Source: Alphaproteobacteria bacterium
Lineage (GTDB): Bacteria > Pseudomonadota > Alphaproteobacteria > Paracaedibacterales > CAITNM01
Reading direction: 5' to 3'
NCBI GenBank assembly: GCA_947487955.1
Contig: CANKYV010000001.1
Location: 43,644-107,643 of the forward strand
DNA length: 64,000 nt
Below the pieces are notes generated by a model that worked only from the letters and a program-made list of their open reading frames with translations, did no database searches and was not told where the DNA came from. Of this stretch, positions 20,401-27,459 are shown piece after piece (position 1 is the stretch's first letter; every line of letters begins with the position of its first letter). The translations under genes were made by a program, and so were the position numbers.

Positions 20401-23400
20401 TAATCGGGTACAATGAGTCAACTTGACCAGTATCTTGCAAAGCAAAAAAACCACCTGTTTGAGACTGTGCCACTTCGTATAAATCAACAATCAAGAAGTT
20501 TTCTGATTGAGGTGCTCTAGTATGGCCCACCATCTTTGTCACAATGCTGTTTACATCAATGTGTACCTTTCCACCAGCACTCATACTTCCACTAATAGTA
20601 ATAGCATCTGGTCCTTGGATAAGAATATCTTCACCAACTTTAAGAGAAGCTGGTGTAGTACCAAATATATTAGAAAAACTACCTCCTACCCATGACGGGT
20701 TTGACCCGCATTCCATCTCTTTTCTCGGCACAAGATTAAGCCCAGATACATAGTTTTTACCATAACCAGCTATAAGCTCCTGAAATTTATAAATACCTTT
20801 TCCTGCGCTAATGTTGCTATATTGAATATCTACTTGTGGTACATTAAACCAAATGTCTTCTAACGCTGTTGTTTCACCTGCGTCCGCACACTCTAAAAGA
20901 TATCGTATACCTGTGTACTCGCCACGATTATGGGTACCAAACCACATTTGGTTGGGTCTCGTACATACATATCGATCTCCATAAAAATAGGCGCTATGAC
21001 GAGTGCGTATTAACCCAGAAATATTGCGAATAAGATTGCCGCATATCGTCAGAGCATGATTTGCAAAGACTTCACCGTAATCCAAGCACATCTCGCCAAA
21101 ATATCCTCCTAACTTCATGGAGCTATTACTCGAAACAAAAGCGCCATTAAAAGTTTTTTTAAGATAAGTAGGACTTGTTAGTAAATTAGAACAACCGTTA
21201 TATATCGTTGTCATATTGCCTCGAGGTACGTGAGGCGTAATAACTTCTTTCAGTGACCCTACTAAAATATTTCCCTCTAAGGTTTCAATGGCTGACTCTT
21301 TATCACTAAAAATTCTACCAAACCTATTATCTATTTTTCCTTGAGAATAAACGTTGATCGCTCCTTGAGTTGCCGAAATTTCACCAAGATGATCATTATC
21401 TGTTCCATTGGTAAATTCGTCACAAAGAAGTAGTAAGTCACCCAAGATCTTGCCCTTATTCCAAAACTTCTTCGTTCTTAGAATAAGTGGAGACTCAACA
21501 CTTAACTCTACTGTGTTGGTAAAATCCGCATCGTAATTTACCTGTAAACTCTCCGCCATAATTGCTGATTTTTGCAAGGCATCCATCAAACTTATAGGTG
21601 TATCGACAGCAGAATGCAGAATAAGCTGTGCCGCATTGCTGTCATCCTCTTGATCTCTAAAATACCCAGAACTTATTTGCGTAATTACATTTTTATAGTG
21701 TTTTTGTAAAAGTGGTTTTCCTAAACCTTGATTCTGCATAAAATGCTTGGCAAAAGCATCGTAAGTCTCTTTATAGAGTTGCCTCACAGATTGTTGCTGC
21801 TGATAAAAGCTTTTACCAACACCCGTAGCAATAGTGTCTATTGTTGTGGTGTTCTCAGCAGAAATACCTTTCAGATACTCTAGTCCCCAAGCACCAGTTA
21901 AAATATTGATAATTGCTTTATCCATTGCCACAACAACAGCTGGAATATCTGGGTAAGCTTTAAGATACTTTGCCTCAATGGGTACTTCTTGATGATCCCA
22001 GAGTTGTGCTTTTACTTCGTGTAACAGCTTGATAATTGATATTGGGTCTTGGCTATAGCCTAAGTGTGAGAGGACCCTCGTCCATTGGTTGCGAGTTTCT
22101 TCTAAAGAAAGTTCTGTAAACAGTCGTTTTGGGTGCTCTTCAGAAAGAGCTAGAAAACCTATGAGTCCTGCAACAGGATTACCTCTTACGTTAGCTAAAT
22201 AGGCCTCCTCATCTCCTGTTGAGCTTAGCAAAACAGCATCTTGAATTTCTGCAAAAAATGCAGAGGGCATCGTCGCTGGGTAAGGTTGAGCATGATCGGG
22301 AAGAATATACCAAATTGCCTTATCATCAATAACGAATTGACCCAATCCTTCTGAAGGATTTCCTGTAATTTTTACACTTTGGGTTGCATAAAGTGCTCCA
22401 GCATTTTTATAGCGCACAACTTCTGTACGTTTACCAAGTTTACAAACAGCCTCTTCTGCGTTTGTAAAATCTTCAAAGAACCAATGACCAGCCCCTAGAT
22501 CCGCATACCCCAAATTATGAAAAGATTGCAATCGTAAACCTTTACGTAAAACTTCCAAATGTCCAGTATTTTGAACTTGGTCAACACCTCGCAACACTTT
22601 TGTTATTATTTTTCCTGCATTATTTAGAGTACGATCTGGCTGCATAAGCTCTAAAGCAGAACTCTCCACAATGCCTTCAACCGCATTGGTAAAAACACCA
22701 TCTATAGTGGTTTTTTGTTCTGCAGCAATAGTTCCAATATTGTGTAAATGGTGACCTCTCATCAGGACCGTTTTACCTTGCAAATGCCCCGTATTTTCAA
22801 AGTTTTCTGCTTGGTAGGTTACTCTAAGTTCTTGCTGAGCTACGTATTTGTATAAATCATCAACATCCTCAGCTCTTGACTGCTCTGAACTCTCCTCTTT
22901 TTTGGTAGCTATCAACTGTTGCAGTTGCTCGAGGCGTTGAAGTTTTTGCGCATTTTTAGCAATTTGTCGCTTAATTAAGGTAGATTCTTCGGTAAGATTT
23001 TTTAATTCCTGCTTCTTTCTTGCATGTTCTAATCTAATCGGCTCAACACAAGCACGTAAAAATTTCTCGATAGGAAAGCCTGGTAGTTCTTCTAAAAGAT
23101 TTCTCTCCGCAGCAAAGTGATCATACAGTTCTTGCCAACGGGTACTGACAACACTTAAGCAACTCTCACGAGCTTCTTGATCCTCTAAAACCTGAGTTCG
23201 TGCTTCACCTAAGTTTACTTCTACTTCATCAAACAACGCCATACGTTCTCGAGGTGATAGACCCATGATAGTGTCCAAACATGCAGATACTGATGTATTC
23301 AAAGTGCCCAGTTCATCATCCAAAATGAGCGTATTGAGTTGCATGTGTTTAATAGTATCAACAATGCTTTGTTGTGCCAGATTCAGACCAATAGCGATAA

Positions 23401-25015
23401 AAGTTAAATCTAGCGAACTTGCTTGAATTGATTTACCACCTAAAGTGTGAACCTTAACTATCAAATCTTTAGGAGATTGTATTGCTTGGAGTAGTAATGC
23501 TTTTGCCTTAAGAGTAGCTCTATTTTTAAATTTTACCAATTCAGGAGGCAGCTCTAATCGTTGCTCTGCTTGCCAATCAACCTCACCTAATCCGGGAGTA
23601 ATTCTGCTTATCGCTAAACTTCTAACCTTAAAAACAGAATCTTGAGAAAAATCTAATGTATCGACCCGAAGATCCGTACCAGCTAACTCTAAATGAAGAG
23701 TATCTCCTTGAAGAATGTCTAATGCTAAAAGGCTATTATCTCCATGACTGACAAGCGATAGCCTACCACCTTCAAATCTAGCTTTATCACCCTTAGATAA
23801 AAGCTGCTGAAAAGCAAATTCAAGAGTTGATGCTTTAAAATGCCCTTGACCATCCCATATGTTTGCAAAAGATTTAAGGTTCTCAGCAACAATACGTCCT
23901 TTACCTGTGAGGTTTTGCCCTGCAACATAAGTACGAGAACCTTTTAGGACTCCCTGATTAGAAAGCCCAGCTAAACTAATTACCTGCAAATCAGCCGTAC
24001 CAGTTATACAAGCATCTACATCATTAACAAACTGATTTTGCGCGATAATATGAGTTGACGTTGAAGTAATTGTTTGATGATTTAAAAACTGCAGTGCACC
24101 TACAGCAAAGGTTATTGCGGAAATTTGTCCAAAATTTTCAAAGAGCTTTAAATCAGCAAGGCGTAATTCGCTATCATTTGAAATTGTTCCCCAATTGTAA
24201 ATTTCACTACCCTGCAACCTTAAAAAGGATTTATTAAATCCAGAAACCTTATCGAGGAATAGACTACCCAGGTTCACAAAATTTCCGTGAAATAGTAATT
24301 CTTTTAAACGTAGAGAACCTTTTTCGCCAATGAGTAAACTACCAGCTGCTTGACCTGATTCAATTTCAAAGTTTTCAATATCGACAGCATTGTGCACAAC
24401 AACTTCTGGACTCTGTAGGTGTAGGTGTTTTGCTCTATATGCTCCCAAGTGAACAGCAGGAGCAGCAATACTACAGCTTCTTTGATACCGTGGTGTAACG
24501 GCTTGATCAATAATAACGGCACCGTCTGGGCGTATTTGCAGCGATACCAAACCATAAGCACTTAAGTTCCATGACCACCCCCTTAAAAGGGCATCTGTTC
24601 CAATAATAGGCACAACAAAGCTTGTGTCTTTGTTGTGGTTAAAATCTGTCCCTAGATAAAACCTGCTTATTAACCGATCTTTTTGCTGTAAGGAAACAAA
24701 AAAGTGTTTTTGATTGTCATCTCCAATATCTTTAATGCTGATTCTAAAATCGACTTGGTCTTTTTTGTCTAAAGAAAGGTTTCTCGGTAAATAGAATTGA
24801 GGTTTTAGCAAGGGTTCAGATGGTGACATATGCTCATGATGAGCATGAAACCTGGGCGCTGGAGGAGGAAGAACTTCGGCTGTACTTGCATACACGGGCG
24901 AAATGACAAAACTCAATAAATACGCATACAAAACAACTGAAGAAATGACTTTGCGTATAAACGATGGTGGTACAGCGTTTTCAAGGTCTTTGGTAACAAC
25001 AAATTGTTTAAACAT
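17438..25015 (-). CDS. giant secreted polymorphic toxin (CdiA-like C-terminal architecture, DUF4258-like C-terminal toxin domain)
   Basis: 2525 aa with RBS GGAAGGAAG and a signal-like N-terminus (VVLYAYLLSFVISPVYA/ST). It has beta-helix-like repeats, a coiled coil, and a Gly/Ala-rich DUF637-like region (HKVLHSLNGGAMGFV...GAIGAAVTE). A pre-toxin segment is followed by a ~115-aa tail with an SSHALDRLMERGIPPS motif. Confidence 0.8.
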   Translation of the reverse strand: MFKQFVVTKDLENAVPPSFIRKVISSVVLYAYLLSFVISPVYASTAEVLPPPAPRFHAHHEHMSPSEPLLKPQFYLPRNLSLDKKDQVDFRISIKDIGDDNQKHFFVSLQQKDRLISRFYLGTDFNHNKDTSFVVPIIGTDALLRGWSWNLSAYGLVSLQIRPDGAVIIDQAVTPRYQRSCSIAAPAVHLGAYRAKHLHLQSPEVVVHNAVDIENFEIESGQAAGSLLIGEKGSLRLKELLFHGNFVNLGSLFLDKVSGFNKSFLRLQGSEIYNWGTISNDSELRLADLKLFENFGQISAITFAVGALQFLNHQTITSTSTHIIAQNQFVNDVDACITGTADLQVISLAGLSNQGVLKGSRTYVAGQNLTGKGRIVAENLKSFANIWDGQGHFKASTLEFAFQQLLSKGDKARFEGGRLSLVSHGDNSLLALDILQGDTLHLELAGTDLRVDTLDFSQDSVFKVRSLAISRITPGLGEVDWQAEQRLELPPELVKFKNRATLKAKALLLQAIQSPKDLIVKVHTLGGKSIQASSLDLTFIAIGLNLAQQSIVDTIKHMQLNTLILDDELGTLNTSVSACLDTIMGLSPRERMALFDEVEVNLGEARTQVLEDQEARESCLSVVSTRWQELYDHFAAERNLLEELPGFPIEKFLRACVEPIRLEHARKKQELKNLTEESTLIKRQIAKNAQKLQRLEQLQQLIATKKEESSEQSRAEDVDDLYKYVAQQELRVTYQAENFENTGHLQGKTVLMRGHHLHNIGTIAAEQKTTIDGVFTNAVEGIVESSALELMQPDRTLNNAGKIITKVLRGVDQVQNTGHLEVLRKGLRLQSFHNLGYADLGAGHWFFEDFTNAEEAVCKLGKRTEVVRYKNAGALYATQSVKITGNPSEGLGQFVIDDKAIWYILPDHAQPYPATMPSAFFAEIQDAVLLSSTGDEEAYLANVRGNPVAGLIGFLALSEEHPKRLFTELSLEETRNQWTRVLSHLGYSQDPISIIKLLHEVKAQLWDHQEVPIEAKYLKAYPDIPAVVVAMDKAIINILTGAWGLEYLKGISAENTTTIDTIATGVGKSFYQQQQSVRQLYKETYDAFAKHFMQNQGLGKPLLQKHYKNVITQISSGYFRDQEDDSNAAQLILHSAVDTPISLMDALQKSAIMAESLQVNYDADFTNTVELSVESPLILRTKKFWNKGKILGDLLLLCDEFTNGTDNDHLGEISATQGAINVYSQGKIDNRFGRIFSDKESAIETLEGNILVGSLKEVITPHVPRGNMTTIYNGCSNLLTSPTYLKKTFNGAFVSSNSSMKLGGYFGEMCLDYGEVFANHALTICGNLIRNISGLIRTRHSAYFYGDRYVCTRPNQMWFGTHNRGEYTGIRYLLECADAGETTALEDIWFNVPQVDIQYSNISAGKGIYKFQELIAGYGKNYVSGLNLVPRKEMECGSNPSWVGGSFSNIFGTTPASLKVGEDILIQGPDAITISGSMSAGGKVHIDVNSIVTKMVGHTRAPQSENFLIVDLYEVAQSQTGGFFALQDTGQVDSLYPITSRFSWKSLDIATIGAREESAISETAFEFALQKALAESVGHLNFEEQSSMALQEYLFRNGRDSGSTMSLDELVAKATKPLVAMVARQVQQTMLSIPHLLVPAKFVNPYQSSGDIYGKEVHLLTSGDQEHESSRIVARKAFEARAKGKMKRHTAKYVEILQEGNKTTISEKAKPQQQFICEEGDLTSVSTQDYTEVGSVSSAGGKMLRGSEEGDAFFKALELHKRAITTEKKDRGFFGSTKKTVTTAESSDFLVNKAIAGISSRVVGKNVTQVGVEEHAAQDLTYASQNLSIDAGVGINRTQTTSTTKGTSSSRTTKSLMEMPTFVRNMLNAHTIRFEGQDTVSVKGTEITADTIEDHSRKGAKFGPTVREMRYEMSTSSRTPLSSSNCGTRGGQELMAPTSLNVRRIVRSASFDDVTSPGEMEFVSCVWQDRERVEILGRYQESVYILKKWQESWAHHHQVIPSAAISVIAIAVSLATQGVGTSFFTSALGSEIGATMASAGLKYLICSAATSFAQTGDLEGTLKNLASDRALRGLAISIASAGLTNKLAKAWDIPLDTKPLELVDHLKTEGLQAGVSTTMNLALSNEEAGDILKRGGLSFVGSAAGAYGAAHIGDWYKGTHHQDTYTLHKVLHSLNGGAMGFVMDGTAKGFISGAIGAAVTETILEARNDYLAEKAIARMEEAKQDGTLVNPEKIKEINAAVKEDLASELRTAQLSSAAIAALLGQDAALASHIGGVAGTHNWEPTIGTVITLGLAAYGAYEVYDTYRTQGPEAALQQLAVMGVVTLATVGAGYVIGTVFYPSAAAAWTALMSNYPKYGQIIAKITGSKAAQTLGKAKELYGAANAKLASAAEKVGWKSGKTKVMPKAKEAEDAILQGEKKTVVQQYTINDGNAYPSLPVGSSRTQMQPLKKYHNSPKRIEDMEFSSHALDRLMERGIPPSVVKEAITHGVKVPNKVVGRISHYDAKNNVTVITENGRVVTARFGK

Positions 25016-25465
25016 TTTTATCTTCCTTCCCTGCTTGGGTAGTCATTTTAAAAAAACTTAAATCTACATGTACGATCAAGCCGCAAAACTATAAACTTTT
25101 TGAACATACATGTTCCCGTTAGTTTCTGTGCACGCACAATATCTTTCATGTAGTCATTAAAAAAATAAAACGAGGGGTTTTTGAAAAGTTTTCGTCACCT
25201 CCTATTTTAGGTAGGCAAGCTTTTATTTTGTATAGCCAGTGATGTACTGATCTAAAGACTAAAGCTGATTGCATCATGAGAATCCTCAAGCTTTTTCTTA
25301 GCTGTCTTTTTTTATACCCAAACTTCAAAAAAATAAACCTGGATAATTATACAGGTATCGATAAAATTTTAGGGATTTCCGCTTATAAGAGATGGCGATA
25401 AAAGCTTTTGAAATCCTATCTTCATTCTTTTTAGTCATATTTCAACACCCTCAAGTTTCGTGTCT

Positions 25466-25798
25466 TTATTCATCTAGCTCTTCGGGCTTTTTAATCGTTG
25501 GAATAAAATGCTTTGTGTAGTCTTCAAAGGGACTAAAAAAAGTGAAAATTTCGACTTTTACTTCATGCATTCTCTCAAACGCACGAAGTGAAGCTCGAAG
25601 ATTATCTGAAACACGTTGAATTTGTTCTTCAATCGTATACATACCTGCATACTGTTCATCTTCACGCAATGTCCGAGCAGCATTCTCCATCCTTCCCATA
25701 AAAGCCATGACTTCTTCTAAGCAAATGCCAACTTTAGGCCATGTGGTAATACGAGATTTTTCTTGTTCTGGCTGCACATTATATTTCTCGGACATCAT
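25466..25798 (-). CDS. hypothetical helical protein upstream of the toxin gene
   Basis: 110-aa ORF in the same orientation as the toxin and divergent from an XRE-type regulator. No family was recognised. Confidence 0.4.
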   Translation of the reverse strand: MMSEKYNVQPEQEKSRITTWPKVGICLEEVMAFMGRMENAARTLREDEQYAGMYTIEEQIQRVSDNLRASLRAFERMHEVKVEIFTFFSPFEDYTKHFIPTIKKPEELDE

Positions 25799-25892
25799 TT
25801 ACCTCCAACGACATGTTAGAAGTAAATCACCTTATTCTTTGACTATTGTCAAGTATTTATTTTTATACTCTTGGTTCATAATTCCCCTTGCT

Positions 25893-26126
25893 ATGAAAGA
25901 CCTCACTGAACCTCAAATTGTTGCTCTTGTTCTGGATGCAATCAGCACCAGACGTAAGGAACTTGGTTTGTCTATCCTAAAGCTTGCAGATCAATCACGA
26001 GTCCATTATTCGACGATCAGCCTTCTTGAACACAAAAAACGCAACCCAAGCTTTTTGGTGATCTTAAGGCTGTGTAAAGCACTAGATCTTTCTTTGCTTG
26101 ATCTTCTTAAAAGGAATGAGAAGTAA
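25893..26126 (+). CDS. XRE-family helix-turn-helix transcriptional regulator
   Basis: The 77-aa version starts at the internal ATG 25893 (MKDLTEPQ...). HTH core is LGLSILKLADQSRVHYSTISLLEHKKRNPSFLVILRLCKAL. The upstream part of the track ORF overlaps the divergent gene and looks non-coding. Confidence 0.7.
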   Translation: MKDLTEPQIVALVLDAISTRRKELGLSILKLADQSRVHYSTISLLEHKKRNPSFLVILRLCKALDLSLLDLLKRNEK

Positions 26127-26329
26127 AAAATTGATATTAAATGAACGAGCGAGATTATAGAAGCCGCTAGAAGTTGCTTATTAATTGGCAAAAAGTCAGT
26201 GATTAGCTATATTCAACAATTAAATATAAACACTTAAGAAAAAATATGTCTCTTACATTGCGAAACATTGAAGGCAAGGTCGCTTTCAATGAAATTGAAT
26301 TACATATATACCTTCCCGATTTTAATGAT

Positions 26330-26812
26330 TTAATAAACATGAAAGTTGGTCCTATCAACAGTCATTAAAGGAAACTTTCTAAAAGGGTATGCTAATTTGT
26401 TCCAAGACTGTTTTATTCCATCCCAAGAGCTAAGCCCAGCATACCATTGATTGTCATTTTTTATGTTATTGTTCTTTTTAAAATTAGCTCTTTCTGTTTG
26501 ATACGGGATTACTTGATTTGTTATAAATTTAATTAAAGTCATTCTAGTGTGTTCAAATGCTGCTAAAGACGCTTTAATTTTAGCTTTTCTCTCAGAGCAA
26601 GTCTTCAGCCAAGTTGGCAACAAAGAAAGCACAAAACCAAGAATTACTCCGAAAAGTACTTCATTTTCCCAAAAAGATTTATGGCTTAGGTCTTTTTTAG
26701 CAAAAGACTCCTTTAGTTCACTTAAACCATTTGCAATGCTTTGAAGAGATGATGCAACATGATGAAAATCTTGTGTTTGAATCCAAGAGTAATAACTCGA
26801 AAAGCTATCCAT
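26330..26812 (-). CDS. hypothetical membrane protein
   Basis: 160-aa ORF with one clear hydrophobic helix (VLFGVILGFVLSLLPTWL). No family was recognised. Confidence 0.4.
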   Translation of the reverse strand: MDSFSSYYSWIQTQDFHHVASSLQSIANGLSELKESFAKKDLSHKSFWENEVLFGVILGFVLSLLPTWLKTCSERKAKIKASLAAFEHTRMTLIKFITNQVIPYQTERANFKKNNNIKNDNQWYAGLSSWDGIKQSWNKLAYPFRKFPLMTVDRTNFHVY

Positions 26813-27064
26813 GTATTAGCCTTTTTCCTAGGTTACTTGCGCCTTTCTACTACATTTACTCTAAAAATGATATATATTGTTTAGAATTTTAATCAGCTAA
26901 TTTTTCCCCTATCTTAAATCTCATTTCTCTTAATCTACTTTCACCAAGCAAAACAGCCCTTTATATAATCAAGAGTCATTTAGAAATTTGCTAAATGCGT
27001 ACTTATGCGATGTGTAAAAATGAGTTACATTTTATGCATCGATTGGTGACCTACGGCGTTATTT

Positions 27065-27361
27065 ATGACAGTAAGAATGCAAAAATTTCGTGAGAGGAAA
27101 AGACAAGAGGGATTCGTCCAAGTACGAGTTTGGGTACCTCAGGATCATGAATTATTGATCAAAACTATTGCGAAAGAATGTCGACCTGGCAAACCTCTTA
27201 AACTGCGAGAAAGATACGGAAGACCCGCATCGCCATCACAAATCCGCTTAGCTAAATCATTTGCAACAGCGCATGGTAAAGAACCGCCAGAGCATCTCTA
27301 TGATCACCACATCAGTTTATCTGCTTGGATGTGGGCGCATGGCGGCAGGCCGTTTGAATAA
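27065..27361 (+). CDS. hypothetical protein with an antitoxin-like (DUF3018/RHH-type) N-terminus
   Basis: 98 aa. The N-terminus (RMQKFRERKRQEGFVQVRVWVPQD) resembles the basic-helix-plus-strand start of small DUF3018-type antitoxins. The C-terminal 55 aa are unrecognised. Confidence 0.35.
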   Translation: MTVRMQKFRERKRQEGFVQVRVWVPQDHELLIKTIAKECRPGKPLKLRERYGRPASPSQIRLAKSFATAHGKEPPEHLYDHHISLSAWMWAHGGRPFE

Positions 27362-27459
27362 CCTCTGTACCTATAACATTTTATAGGTAGATTTTTGAAT
27401 CATACTTGAAATACAAAATTAAGTTACTAAATTAGAATATAAAATTCGCACAAGAGTTG

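Noticed and set aside
17950-24561. About a dozen 60-90-aa ORFs on both strands inside the 2525-aa toxin gene.
   Set aside because: All are embedded in one uninterrupted 7.6-kb frame, and none has recognisable features.
17438-25015. Calling the large protein a canonical CdiA/FhaB two-partner-secretion exoprotein.
   Set aside because: I could not find the NPNL/NPNGI TPS motifs or an extended ESPR signal in the N-terminal 300 aa, and no TpsB gene is nearby. Only the C-terminal architecture is CdiA-like, so the call is kept generic (polymorphic toxin).
25707-25892. N-terminal 62 codons of the track ORF for the XRE regulator.
   Set aside because: They overlap the start of the divergent 110-aa gene and encode non-HTH, Cys/Phe-rich sequence. 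The internal ATG at 25893 gives a standard-size regulator.
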